64,000 bases of DNA from a virus (IMGVR_UViG_2896201746_000001:48121-112120); one strand, 5' to 3'. Positions 1 to 10,270 are shown, counted from the first letter of the stretch. Numbers and translations: made by a program. Notes: generated by a model from the letters alone, not told the origin.

Positions 1-2039
1 ACTGCGGCGGCGAGACGCTGAAGGTCGTCAAGCACTTCGCGGCGCGCATCGAGAAGTGGCACACCCTGCCCTCGACGGCCGCGGCCTATGACGAGGCCAA
101 GGCGATCCTGGCCGAGCTGGACAAGCTCAACCAGCAGGCCAAGCAGCCGCCGATGCCCCCTCCTCCCCCGCCCCCGCCTTCCCAGCAGCCCAACGAAGAG
201 ACGGGTGAGGGTGGCGGCCAGGGCCAGCAGGACGAGCGCGACAGCAGCGGCGAAACCGAGAACGAGGAGTGCTCGTCGAACGCCGATCCCGATGAGCCTG
301 TCGAGCAGGACGATGACGGCGGCAACAGCGAGGGCAGCGCCGGCAGCGACAGCGACGAAGAGGCCGAACACGACGAGGCGTCCGGGGTCGATGACGCCGA
401 CGGCGACCAGGGCGAGGGGGAGCAGGATGACGAGCAATCGGCCGGCGGATCCGATCAGGACGATGCTGACGATGGCGATCAGGGCGGCGATGGTAGAGCC
501 GGCGGCGACGGCGCTGATGAAGGAGCTGACGACGATCAGGGCGATGGCGATGCTGCCGGCCCGGCCGCTTCCGAAGGCGACGAAGACGAGGCTGCTGGCG
601 ACGACGCCGATGACGGGGACGACGGCTCTGCTGGCGGCGATGCTGATGGCGAGGACGCCGACACCGGCGCAGACGCGAACGGCGCTGGAGGCGATGGCGA
701 CGCAGATGATGACGACGCTGCGGACGCTGGAGACGACAGCGAAAGCGATGCGGGCGGCGCTGGAGGCGATGCCGGCGAAGATGGCGCAGACGGCGAGGAC
801 GATGAGGGCGACGCCCCGGCCCCTGGCGATGACGGTGCCGGCGATGAAGATGGCGATGCCGCCGGCGACAGCAACGGCGACGATCCGGGAGGCGATGGAG
901 AGGGCGAGGAGGCTGACGACGAGCCGGTAGAGGACAGCCAGGAGGCCAGCGACGGCCGCGGCACCGATGACGTCGCCGAGGGCGGACCGAGCGGCATGCG
1001 CGGCGTGCTCGATGCGCTGTGCGGCGAGCAGAAGCGCGAGGCGCTCGAAAAGTCGTCGACCCTGCACGCCGTCATGCAGAGCGAGATCGAGGTCGACAGC
1101 CGTGCCGTCACCGGCCATCGCGCCTACACCGAAGAGTTCGATCAGATCATCGAGCCGGTCGGCGAGGCGACGCTGGAGAGCTACAGCCGGGCCTACGACG
1201 CGGTGAAGCCCTACGTCAACGTCATTGCCGGCGTGCTGACCCGTGTTCTGCTGTCGCGCACCACCGCGACCACGCTGCGCGGCCGGCACTCGGGCGCGGT
1301 CAGCTTGAATGCGATCAGCCAGCTCCGCGCCGGCCAGTCGAACGTCTTCCAGACCCGCCAGGAGGGCGCGAAGCTCGACACTTACGTCGAGCTGGTCGTC
1401 GATCACAGCGGCTCGATGGACGGAAGCAAGATCGAGACGGCGATGCAGACCTGCATCGCGCTTGCCGAGAGCCTGGCGAAGATCGGCATCCCGTTCGGCA
1501 TCTCCGGCTTCACGACCGGACTTGGCTGCGAAGAGCACGAGGCACAGGACAAAGATCTGTGGCGACGCGCCCGCGATTACGTCTATGGCGCGTTTGCCAA
1601 TCCCGATCTGGCCGACTTCGAGCGGATCGACCCGATCGTCGAGTTCCGCTACAAGACGCCCGAAATCCCGTTCGCCCAGATGAAGACCAAGCTCGCGCTG
1701 ATGCCCGGGCAGATGATGGGGGCCAACGCCGACGGCGACAGCATCTACAAGATCGCCAAGCGCGTCTCCCGCCGGCGGGAAAGCCGCAAGGTCATCATCG
1801 TCATGTCGGACGGCTTCCCGGCCGCGCGCCAGGGCAAGAACATCGAGGGCGACGCGGCCGAGCGCTACATGGCCCATGTCGCCAAGCTGCTCGCCCGGAC
1901 GCCGGGCCTGGAGCTGGTCGGAATCGGCATCATGTCGGACGCGGTGAAGCACTACTACCCGCGCTGCGCCGTCATCAACAACGTCGCCGATCTGCCGGCC
2001 GTGGCGATGAACGAACTCAAACACGCCCTGATGGGGTAA
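1..2039 (+). CDS. CobT-like VWA-domain protein with long acidic Asp/Gly low-complexity linker (5' end outside window)
   Basis: MIDAS motif LVVDHSGSM and C-terminal KVIIVMSDGFP...LVGIGI; the frame is open upstream of 153; adjacent to a CobS-like AAA gene. Confidence 0.8.
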   Translation, partial: CGGETLKVVKHFAARIEKWHTLPSTAAAYDEAKAILAELDKLNQQAKQPPMPPPPPPPPSQQPNEETGEGGGQGQQDERDSSGETENEECSSNADPDEPVEQDDDGGNSEGSAGSDSDEEAEHDEASGVDDADGDQGEGEQDDEQSAGGSDQDDADDGDQGGDGRAGGDGADEGADDDQGDGDAAGPAASEGDEDEAAGDDADDGDDGSAGGDADGEDADTGADANGAGGDGDADDDDAADAGDDSESDAGGAGGDAGEDGADGEDDEGDAPAPGDDGAGDEDGDAAGDSNGDDPGGDGEGEEADDEPVEDSQEASDGRGTDDVAEGGPSGMRGVLDALCGEQKREALEKSSTLHAVMQSEIEVDSRAVTGHRAYTEEFDQIIEPVGEATLESYSRAYDAVKPYVNVIAGVLTRVLLSRTTATTLRGRHSGAVSLNAISQLRAGQSNVFQTRQEGAKLDTYVELVVDHSGSMDGSKIETAMQTCIALAESLAKIGIPFGISGFTTGLGCEEHEAQDKDLWRRARDYVYGAFANPDLADFERIDPIVEFRYKTPEIPFAQMKTKLALMPGQMMGANADGDSIYKIAKRVSRRRESRKVIIVMSDGFPAARQGKNIEGDAAERYMAHVAKLLARTPGLELVGIGIMSDAVKHYYPRCAVINNVADLPAVAMNELKHALMG

Positions 2040-2054
2040 TAGAGGAATAGCTCA

Positions 2055-2234
2055 ATGGTTCAATTGACGGGCCCCGAGCGCGCGGCCTTGAAGACCGCGC
2101 TGCGCAATGAAATCGAGCGCCTGGAGGCGCTGTGCGGCCTTCGGCACGCCCTCCCCTACGAGAGGGAGTCATGGTCCGAGCAGATCGCTGATTCCAGATC
2201 GGCGCTCGCCAAGTTGGAGGCGCTGTCCGCATAG
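2055..2234 (+). CDS. Small 59-aa helical protein (MVQLTGPERAALKTALRNEIERLEALCG...), absent from the ORF track
   Basis: GAGGA RBS before ATG 2055, open to TAG 2234; fills the cobT-cobS gap. Confidence 0.6.
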   Translation: MVQLTGPERAALKTALRNEIERLEALCGLRHALPYERESWSEQIADSRSALAKLEALSA

Positions 2235-2371
2235 CTCAATGCAGCAATAGCTCTATTCGGCAATGACTCCATGCGTGAACGCGCGGGCACGTCTTCAATT
2301 GCCCTCTGGCGCTCGCGCGTGCGATGTTCTATCAGTCAGCGATGATAATAAACCAATAAGGGGTTTGTGTT

Positions 2372-4579
2372 ATGTCCGCACAGGTGATCGCGATGCGTAA
2401 ACCCGCAATCGACATCGAGGCCAAGGTGAAGTGCCGGGAATGCGGGTTCGAGGGGCATTCCCTCTACAAGCATATCCAGGACGCCCATGGCCTGAGCGCC
2501 GAGGACTACATCGCCAAGCATCCCGGGGCCGAGCTGCTGTCGCCGCTCGGCAATGAGGTGATGAAGGCGCATTTCTCGGCCCAGGCCGAGGTACGCTACA
2601 CCAGCGAGCCGAAATCGTCGATCGACCTGTTCGCCATCGGCTTCGGCAAGGCGACCGGCTACACCAAGCAGATGCCGGTGCGTACCTATGCCGGCTTCAC
2701 CAAGGAGCACGGCGTCCCGGACGTCGATCCGAACTACTACTTCCCCGAGGCCGTCAGCCGCGACCTCATCATGGGCATGGAGAAGGGCGGGCGCGTCTAT
2801 GCCCACGGCCCGACCGGCTCCGGCAAGTGCCTCGGCAAGGGCACGCCGGTGATGATGTTCAACGGCACGATTCGGCCTGTCGAGGATGTGCGGGTCGGCG
2901 ATCTGCTGATGGGGCCTGATAGCTTTCCGCGCCGCGTTGTGGCGATCGGCAGCGGGCGCGAGCCGCTTTATCGCGTCGTGCCGACCAAGGGCGATGCCTA
3001 CGTCGTCAACGAGAGCCATATTCTGTCGCTGCGCATGACGAACGGATCAAAGCGCTCGTGCGGCATTGAGGATGGCTCAATCGTCAACATCGAGGTGCGC
3101 GACTACCTTCAGAAGACATCGACCTTCAAGCATTGTGCGAAGGGCTGGCGCGCTGGTGTCGATTTTCTCCCCCTGGCCGAGCCGCTGCCGCTTGAGCCGT
3201 ATTTTCTTGGTCTTTGGCTGGGTGACGGCAATTCGGCGAACTCGAACATCTGGTCGACGGAACCCGAGATCGGCGCGTATCTTCACGACTACGCCCGTCG
3301 CCTTGGAATGGTGTGCCGCGAGGACCGCTCGGCGTCGTCCGTCGATCTCGTCACCTACTCGATCTCGAAGCCCGGAGGTAAGAAGCATACCCACGTTTTG
3401 CGCCAGGCGCTTCGCCTGCACGGCCTGATCGACAACAAGCATGTTCCGCATGCCTATAAGACGGCATCGCGTTCCGAGCGCCTGGAGCTTCTGGCCGGCA
3501 TCATCGACACCGACGGCTGCCTCGGTGTCGGCGGCTATGATCTGACGCTGAAGTCCGAGCGCCTGCTGGATGACGTGGTTTTCGTGGCGCGTTCGCTCGG
3601 CTTTGCCGCATACAAGGCGGAAGCCAAGAAGACCTGCGCGAACAACGGCGTCGAGGATATCTATTATCGCTGCTGGATCAGCGGCGACATTGACCAGATC
3701 CCGTGCCGCGTCGAGCGCAAGAAGGCGACGCCGCGACAGCAGGTAAAGAATGTGCTGAACGTCGGCATCACGCTGGAGCCGTTGGGCGAGGGCGACTACT
3801 ACGGCTTCCAGATCGAAGGACCGGATCGCCTGTTCCTGCTCGGCGACTTCACGGTGACGCATAACACCACCTGGTTCGAGCAGTTCGCTGCCCGCACCGG
3901 CCGCCCGTTCTGGCGCGAGCAGATGTTCCGCGAAAAGGAGCCGGTCGAGCTGACCGGCCTGTGGGTCGTCAATGACCGCGGCGCGATGGAGTATATGTAC
4001 TCGGGCTTGGTGAAGGCGCTCCAGCAGCCGTCGATCATCTGCTTTGACGAATACGACAGCGGCAACGCGGTCGTCACGGCCATGTGCAACGCCCTGTTGG
4101 AGGGCAAGCCGCTGATCCTGGGCAACAAGGGCGGCGAGAAGATCTGGCCGCATCCGGAGTGCATCATGGTCGCCACCGGCAACACCAACGGCATGGGCGA
4201 CGACACCGGCCTGTATGCCTCGACCAGCGTGCAGTCCTTTGCCACCATGAACCGCTTCCGCATGTTCGTGAAGATCGACTACATGCCGGAGGAGAAGGAG
4301 CGCGAGGTCATCAAGCGCGTCTTCCCGAAGCTCCCCGAGGGCCGGGTGAAGAACATCGCGAAGGTCGCAAAGCTGGTGCGCGACGGTTACATCGGCGGCA
4401 AGGTGAGCTGCCCGCTCTCCACGCGCCAGGTGCTCAACTGGGCGGACTGGGATATGAGCACCGGCGAGTCCGGCCGCTCCTTCCGCCTCGCCTTCGTCAA
4501 CCAGCTCAACGAAACCGACGCGAAGGTCGTCGGCGAGCTGTACCAGCGCGTTTACGCCAAGAGCATCGACGAGGATTAA
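2372..4579 (+). CDS. CobS/MoxR-like AAA+ ATPase with N-terminal C2H2 finger, interrupted by an intein
   Basis: CRECG..H..H finger; Walker A GPTGSGK|T split by the intein; Walker B ICFDEYD; ATGNTNG sensor; MNRF. Confidence 0.85.
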   Translation: MSAQVIAMRKPAIDIEAKVKCRECGFEGHSLYKHIQDAHGLSAEDYIAKHPGAELLSPLGNEVMKAHFSAQAEVRYTSEPKSSIDLFAIGFGKATGYTKQMPVRTYAGFTKEHGVPDVDPNYYFPEAVSRDLIMGMEKGGRVYAHGPTGSGKCLGKGTPVMMFNGTIRPVEDVRVGDLLMGPDSFPRRVVAIGSGREPLYRVVPTKGDAYVVNESHILSLRMTNGSKRSCGIEDGSIVNIEVRDYLQKTSTFKHCAKGWRAGVDFLPLAEPLPLEPYFLGLWLGDGNSANSNIWSTEPEIGAYLHDYARRLGMVCREDRSASSVDLVTYSISKPGGKKHTHVLRQALRLHGLIDNKHVPHAYKTASRSERLELLAGIIDTDGCLGVGGYDLTLKSERLLDDVVFVARSLGFAAYKAEAKKTCANNGVEDIYYRCWISGDIDQIPCRVERKKATPRQQVKNVLNVGITLEPLGEGDYYGFQIEGPDRLFLLGDFTVTHNTTWFEQFAARTGRPFWREQMFREKEPVELTGLWVVNDRGAMEYMYSGLVKALQQPSIICFDEYDSGNAVVTAMCNALLEGKPLILGNKGGEKIWPHPECIMVATGNTNGMGDDTGLYASTSVQSFATMNRFRMFVKIDYMPEEKEREVIKRVFPKLPEGRVKNIAKVAKLVRDGYIGGKVSCPLSTRQVLNWADWDMSTGESGRSFRLAFVNQLNETDAKVVGELYQRVYAKSIDED
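2828..3865 (+). mobile_element. Intein with LAGLIDADG homing endonuclease (346 aa)
   Basis: Starts CLGKGTPV, block B VNESHIL, YFLGLWLGDG and LLAGIIDTDG motifs, ends DFTVTHN followed by Thr; inserted in the P-loop. Confidence 0.93.
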
Positions 4580-4685
4580 GCGCGCCGTCGTCTATATGTC
4601 ACCGCTGACGGACAGTAGCTTTTCCCCGCTCTGTCTGTCAGCGCTATAGTCATTTCACGAGTTATTTTTGTGGAGCGCAGTGACA

Positions 4686-5515
4686 TGGACGACGTGATCT
4701 TCGAGGCCTCGCTCGTCGAGGCCGAGCTTCAGGCATTCCGCAGCCGTCCCTGCTACGGCACGCTGGCTCAGCCGGTCGCGCGCTGCGCGCTGTGCCTGGT
4801 TCATGACGACTGCGTGGCGCTGCGCAGCGAGGCTGCGGCCTCGCTCGACGTGATCGCCGAGCATTACGCCTATCTGCTGGCCGCCCGGCCCGCGCCGGCT
4901 ACCTCCTGGCCCGAGGTGTTCGACGAGCTGGCGGTCGAAGCGACGCCGGCCCCGCAGCGCGAGCGCCGCCCTGCCGCCCGCCCCCGCCCGGAGGCCTTCG
5001 ACTTCCGCGGCGTCATGCTGCGGCCGGACGGCGAGACGCTGGTGACGAAGACCCAGCTCACCGTCTCCGGCGATTTCCAGCAGCGCGCGAAGGACGTCCC
5101 CTGGCCCGAGCTGTTCTGCATGGAAAGCGGCAGGGATTACCGCATCACCTGCCCGGCCACCGAAGACCGCGACAAGCGCCACCAGATCGACTGGTATCGC
5201 GCGGGAAGCTGCGTCGCCGTGATGCCCGACCTCGACCAGTTCGCCAATCTCGGCAACCCCTATGCCGGTCAGAGCCACGTCATTGGCGGCTCGATCGCCT
5301 ACTGGACCTGGGAGATTGCCGGCGGCATGGCCGAGACGGTGCCGGTCGCGCCGCAGGACATCACCGACCGGGTGCTGTCGGCGTCGGGCATGCGCGGGAC
5401 GGCCTACAACAAGGCCTGCGTGCGCGACGCCCTGCGCGACATGGCGCTGTTCGGAATCCTGCGCCGCTGCCGGCGCATCGACAACGGACATCTGGTTTTT
5501 ATCATCGAGAGGTGA
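4686..5515 (+). CDS. Hypothetical phage protein (N-terminal Cys cluster)
   Basis: Long ORF with typical codon bias between the cobS-like gene and dnaE; start approximate. Confidence 0.6.
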
Positions 5516-5749
5516 TAATCTCCCGCCAGTCACAGAGCGGGACTGTGCTCCAAGAGCCACTGCCGGGGCAGGCGACTTCAAGCGCCGGCTCTTCCAAGCC
5601 TATCCTGCGCGCGAGCGCCGACCATGTGTTCCCCGCAATCGACGTCGTTGATGTAGACCATGGTGAAGGTGGGAAGCCCCGGCACTATTCGTTTGACCAT
5701 ATGTCAGTAATTAGTGAAGTATACGCAGACGCTGTTTTGTGAGGGCGAG

Positions 5750-8700
5750 ATGAGCATTCCCTTTCACCACCTGCACGGCCACAGCTTTTTCAGCAATCTC
5801 CTGCAGCCTGACGCGCTCTCGTCTCCGGACGACCTCGCCAAGCGCGCGGCCAGCGTCGGTCTGTCCTCGATCTGCGTGACCGATCATGCGTCGATCGCCG
5901 GCGTGCCGGCGCTGCTGAAGGCGGCAAAGAAGCACGGGCTGAAGGGCATCGTCGGATCCGAGCTTTACTGCACGACCGACCCCGCATGGCGGCCGGCCAG
6001 CAAGGAGGAGGGCCGGCGCGACTACAGCCATGTCGTCGCGCTCGCGCAGAACCAGGATGGCTTCACCGAGCTGTGCCGGCTGCTGTCGAAGGCCTCCGGC
6101 GAACCGAACTTCTACGGCAAGCCGCGCAATGCCTTCGCCGACCTCTATGAGACGAAGAACCTGATCTTCACCACTGCCTGCGCCGGCGGCGTGCTCAAGC
6201 GCGGCGACGCCGACTGCGTGCTGCGCGAGCTGGTGGCGGCCGTCGGGCCGGAGCGCGTCTACCTGGAGATCCAGCCCCATCAGGACGAGGGCCAGCGCCT
6301 GGTCAACGCGCGGGCGGTGCATCTGCGCGACCAGCTCGGCCTGCGCCTCGTTGCCACCCAGGATTTCCACTACGCCAACCCCGGCGACAATGTCGGCCAT
6401 GAGGTGCTGCTGGCCGTCGGTAGCCAGGACGTCTGGTCGAACCCGGAGCGCTGGCGCTACCCGGTCGACGACCTCTATGTGAAGTCCGGCACCGAGATGC
6501 TCCAGGCCTTCGCGCCCTGGATCAAGTCGGGCGCGCTCGACAAGGCGCATGTGCTGGAGGCGTTCGAGAGCACGGCGATCATCGCCGACCGGCTCGGCTT
6601 CGAGCTGACCAACCGCGCGATCTCCCTGCCGAAGATGTCCGACGACAGCCGCAAGACGCTGCTGGTGATGGCCGGCGAGGCGCTCAAGCGCAAGGGGCTG
6701 GCCGGCGACGAGCGCTATGTGAAGCGCCTCGTCCATGAGATGAACGTGCTGACCGAGGCCGGCTTCCTCGACTATTTCCTGATCCTGGCCGACATCATCG
6801 CCTGGGCGAAGCGCAACGGCATCGCGGTCGGCCCCGGCCGCGGCTCGGCCGGCGGCTCGCTGCTGTGCTATCTGATCGGCATCACCACGATCGACCCGAT
6901 CCGGCACGGCCTGATCTTCGAGCGCTTCTTCCGTCCCGGCCGCCTCGACCTGCCCGACATCGACACCGATTTCGAGGACGAGCGCCGCGACGAGGTGCTC
7001 GACTACATCGAGCGCAAATACGGCAAGGACCATGTCTGCGGCGTGGCGAGCTACACCATGCTCAAGCCCCGCGGCGCGATGAAGGACGTCGGCCGCGTCT
7101 TCGAGATCAACCACGTCGAGATCAACCAGGTCACGGGCGCGATCAAGGTGCCCGACATCCAGGTCGACGATCCGGAGGCCGAGAAGGCGCATGCCGAGGA
7201 GATCTTCGCCGACCCCGCCGTCGCCGGCTTCTTCCGCAAGTACCCGGTCGTCGAGCCGCATGTCCGCGCGCTGACCGGCTGGATGCGCGGCACCGGCCAG
7301 CATGCCGCCGGCGTCGTGATCTCCGGCGTGCCCGTCGCCGACCTGTGCGCGCTGCTGCGCGGCAAGGACGGCCGGCGCGTGTCGTGCTGGGACAAGTGGC
7401 AGATCGAGAACATGGGGCAGATGAAGCTCGACATTCTCGGCCTGCGCACGATGACGATCCTGCGCCACGCCGCCGAGTATGTGCTCCAGCGCACCGGCCG
7501 CCGCATCGTCTACGAAGACCTGTCCCTCGACGATCCCCGCACCCTGGAGCTGTTCGACAAGGGCGATACGACCGGCGTGTTCCAGTGCGAGAGCCACGGC
7601 ATGCGCGAGGTCTTCAAGGGCTGCAAGGTCGACCGCTTCTCGATCATCGCCGACGTGATCTCGCTCTACCGGCCCGGTCCGATGAAGGAGATCCCGAAAT
7701 ACCAGCAGGTCCAGACCGGGCAGATTCCGGCGACCTACATGCACCCGCTCCTGCAGCCGATCCTGGAGCCGACCTTCGGCACCCTGATCTATCAGGAGCA
7801 GATGATGGAGGTGTTCGTGCAGGTCGGCGGCTTCGACTTCACTGAAGCCGACAAGATGCGCAAAATCTGCGGCAAGAAGCTGGGGCCGGCCGAGTTCGCC
7901 AAGCATGCACCGCCCTTCATCGAGGGCGCGAAGCGGAACGGGCTGACCGAGCAGGAGGCCGAGGCGATCTTCGCGACGATGGCCGAGTTCGGCATCTACT
8001 CGTTCAACAAGTCCCACGCCTACGCCTACGCCACCATCGCCTATTGGACGGCCTACATGAAGGCCAACTTCCCGGCCGAGTTCTGGGCAGCGCATCTGTC
8101 CTGCACCGAATCGTCCGAGAAGCTGAAGCTGGCGATGAAGGACGTGGTGAAGGCCGGCATGCAGATCGACTGGCCGAACGTTAACACCTCCCACGCCACG
8201 CGCTTCGTACCGATCTCCGACGTGATGATCGCAGCGCCGCTGACCGCGATCCACGGCGTCGGCGAGAAGGCGGCCGAGCTGATCGCCGGCGCTCGCGAAG
8301 GGCGCATCGACAACCAGGGCCTGGCCCGCGGCGAAGCTCGGCAAGAGAAGAAGGGCATCGTGCAATTCGACGCGAGCCGGACAGTCGCAGGAGCGTTTAC
8401 AAGCGCCCAGGATTTCGCCAATCGCATCTATGCGCGTGTCGTCAACAAGCGCGTGACAGACGCCCTACAGAGCGTTGGAGCGTTCCCTTGGGCACGTCCG
8501 CATGACGACGTGCTGACAGCGAAGCGACGCGAACTGATGAAGGATCTCGCGGTCGACGTGCTGACGGTCGACACCGGGGCAACGCTGCTGATCGACAACT
8601 CGACGGTGGCGGCGTTGCAGCGCATCTTTACGGTCCTGCCCGTGTTCGAGCAGGAGACGAAGATGAAGGCGGTCTACCCCGGCATGACCGGCAAGTCGGC

Positions 8701-9130
8701 GCGCATCATGGCGATCCTGGGTGCGCCGGGCTGGCAGGAGGAGAAGGCCGGCACGATGGGCCAGAACCCCGCCTTCGAGAAGCTGCTCGACGTGCTGCGG
8801 CCGGAGCTGTCGCTCAAGCCGTCCGACTTCTACTTCACCAGCCTGTACCGCTTCCGCAAGCCGCCGCTCGGCTTTGACCAATGGCGCGATAGGTCAATTG
8901 AGCTATTGCACCATGAGATTGACATCGTGAAGCCGCCACTCATCATCGCCATCGGCTCGGACGTCACCAAGGCGCTGATGGGCGAGGATGCCAGCGTCAT
9001 GCGCCTGCACGCCAAGACCGAGCGCTTCAAGGACTTCCCGGTGGTGTTCTGCAAGTCGCCGATGCTGGACGGTGTTGGCCCGGACGATCTCCGGCAAGTT
9101 TCGCTCGCCATCTCTGAGCTTCTTGTCTAA
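5750..9130 (+). CDS. dnaE: DNA polymerase III alpha subunit with C-terminal UDG-like domain
   Basis: PHP motifs HLHGHS and VTDH; GPGRGSAGGSL; PDIDTDF; KLDILGL; YSFNKSHAYAY; C-terminal UDG family-4-like segment. Confidence 0.95.
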   Translation: MSIPFHHLHGHSFFSNLLQPDALSSPDDLAKRAASVGLSSICVTDHASIAGVPALLKAAKKHGLKGIVGSELYCTTDPAWRPASKEEGRRDYSHVVALAQNQDGFTELCRLLSKASGEPNFYGKPRNAFADLYETKNLIFTTACAGGVLKRGDADCVLRELVAAVGPERVYLEIQPHQDEGQRLVNARAVHLRDQLGLRLVATQDFHYANPGDNVGHEVLLAVGSQDVWSNPERWRYPVDDLYVKSGTEMLQAFAPWIKSGALDKAHVLEAFESTAIIADRLGFELTNRAISLPKMSDDSRKTLLVMAGEALKRKGLAGDERYVKRLVHEMNVLTEAGFLDYFLILADIIAWAKRNGIAVGPGRGSAGGSLLCYLIGITTIDPIRHGLIFERFFRPGRLDLPDIDTDFEDERRDEVLDYIERKYGKDHVCGVASYTMLKPRGAMKDVGRVFEINHVEINQVTGAIKVPDIQVDDPEAEKAHAEEIFADPAVAGFFRKYPVVEPHVRALTGWMRGTGQHAAGVVISGVPVADLCALLRGKDGRRVSCWDKWQIENMGQMKLDILGLRTMTILRHAAEYVLQRTGRRIVYEDLSLDDPRTLELFDKGDTTGVFQCESHGMREVFKGCKVDRFSIIADVISLYRPGPMKEIPKYQQVQTGQIPATYMHPLLQPILEPTFGTLIYQEQMMEVFVQVGGFDFTEADKMRKICGKKLGPAEFAKHAPPFIEGAKRNGLTEQEAEAIFATMAEFGIYSFNKSHAYAYATIAYWTAYMKANFPAEFWAAHLSCTESSEKLKLAMKDVVKAGMQIDWPNVNTSHATRFVPISDVMIAAPLTAIHGVGEKAAELIAGAREGRIDNQGLARGEARQEKKGIVQFDASRTVAGAFTSAQDFANRIYARVVNKRVTDALQSVGAFPWARPHDDVLTAKRRELMKDLAVDVLTVDTGATLLIDNSTVAALQRIFTVLPVFEQETKMKAVYPGMTGKSARIMAILGAPGWQEEKAGTMGQNPAFEKLLDVLRPELSLKPSDFYFTSLYRFRKPPLGFDQWRDRSIELLHHEIDIVKPPLIIAIGSDVTKALMGEDASVMRLHAKTERFKDFPVVFCKSPMLDGVGPDDLRQVSLAISELLV

Positions 9131-9171
9131 CTTCTCTATCAGTCACTAATTACAAATATAAAGGTGATGAT

Positions 9172-9462
9172 ATGAATGTGTCTGTTTCTGAACAGCAAGT
9201 CGAGGACGCCGTAAAGGCGCTGATCGCCGCGAACACCCGGCATCTTGAGGAGCTGGGGCCGATGGCCGGCATCGTCGCGAACGAGGAGCTGACGAAGGGC
9301 CTGGTCGAGCGCTCGCTCGCGACGCTGGTCGAACTCGGCATGGCCGTGAAGGACGATCGGGGCGCGGCGCTCCTGACTGACTTCGGGCGGGCGGTGCTTC
9401 AGCACCCCCGCGCCCGCGAGATCAGCGCCGCGATGCTCGGCGAGCAGGCCGGGAGGGCGTGA
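9172..9462 (+). CDS. Hypothetical protein (possible winged-helix fragment)
   Basis: AAGGTG RBS; LVELG...LLTDFGRAVL pattern. Confidence 0.55.
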   Translation: MNVSVSEQQVEDAVKALIAANTRHLEELGPMAGIVANEELTKGLVERSLATLVELGMAVKDDRGAALLTDFGRAVLQHPRAREISAAMLGEQAGRA

Positions 9463-9465
9463 GCG

Positions 9466-9885
9466 ATGACGATTGTTCGCGACGCCCACGGCATGCTCTG
9501 CCCGAAGTGCGGCCAGGATGACTGCATCGACGTTGCCGCGCTTGTTCATGTTCGCCTGACGGGTAGCGGCAGTGACGCCGATTTGAGCTTCGACGGCAGC
9601 CATGAATGGGACGATGACAGCCGCTGCTGCTGCGGTGCCTGCGGTCACGGCGGCACCGTGAGCGACTTCAGAAAAGCCGCAGAGCAGCAGATGGTCCGCG
9701 AGCTGGTCGACCTCTTCGGCGAGAAGGGCCGCCCGGACGACTTCCTGGATGGCCATGTCCATGACGCCAAGTTCGCCGAAGCCTCGCAGATCAACAACGG
9801 CGGCGTCGAGGATCAGATCGCCTATCTGATCGCCGTCGAAGGCTTCGAGGCGGTGCGCCAGATGATCGAGGAGGACGAGCAGTGA
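9466..9885 (+). CDS. Zinc-ribbon hypothetical protein
   Basis: CPKC...CGAC pairs; operonic spacing. Confidence 0.6.
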   Translation: MTIVRDAHGMLCPKCGQDDCIDVAALVHVRLTGSGSDADLSFDGSHEWDDDSRCCCGACGHGGTVSDFRKAAEQQMVRELVDLFGEKGRPDDFLDGHVHDAKFAEASQINNGGVEDQIAYLIAVEGFEAVRQMIEEDEQ

Positions 9886-10268
9886 AGATCACCAACCAGG
9901 AGCGCGACACCATCCTCGCCGCGCTGCGCTTCTACCAGAGCAAGGGCATGGGCGATCCCTTCAACCGTCCCGACGACATCCACGACATCGCCACTAACGG
10001 CGGCGACGGCATCAGCCTGGACGACGCCGGCATCGACGCCCTGTGCGAGCGCCTGAATGTCGAGCAGGAGGGGCCGGATCCGATCGGGGCGCTGATCGAA
10101 GAGTTCGGCGGCGACCGCGGCGTTTGGGGCGAGCACCCCGGCTACCCGCGTGCCGACTGGCGCTATCAGGTCGAGAACGGCGACACGAACCTCGGCTACT
10201 GGGAGTGGGTCGAGAACGAACTGGCGATCGAGCGCTCTGCGCCCGTCGCCGAGGGCGGGGAGGCCTGA
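9882..10268 (+). CDS. Hypothetical phage protein
   Basis: Overlapping GTGA coupling; W-rich C-terminus (DWRYQVENGDTNLGYWEWV). Confidence 0.6.
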   Translation: MKITNQERDTILAALRFYQSKGMGDPFNRPDDIHDIATNGGDGISLDDAGIDALCERLNVEQEGPDPIGALIEEFGGDRGVWGEHPGYPRADWRYQVENGDTNLGYWEWVENELAIERSAPVAEGGEA

Positions 10269-10270
10269 CG

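Noticed and set aside
88-930. 280-aa Thr/Ala/Met-rich ORF
   Set aside because: Alternative frame of the acidic low-complexity CobT linker.
1-4579. Cobalamin biosynthesis (cobS/cobT)
   Set aside because: No cobN or other cob genes; the phage VWA/AAA pair is only homologous.
5711-8365. Long minus-strand ORFs (e.g. 884 aa here; also 11834-14020, 23563-25392, 59368-61161)
   Set aside because: Antisense shadows of high-GC genes that have clear + strand motifs.
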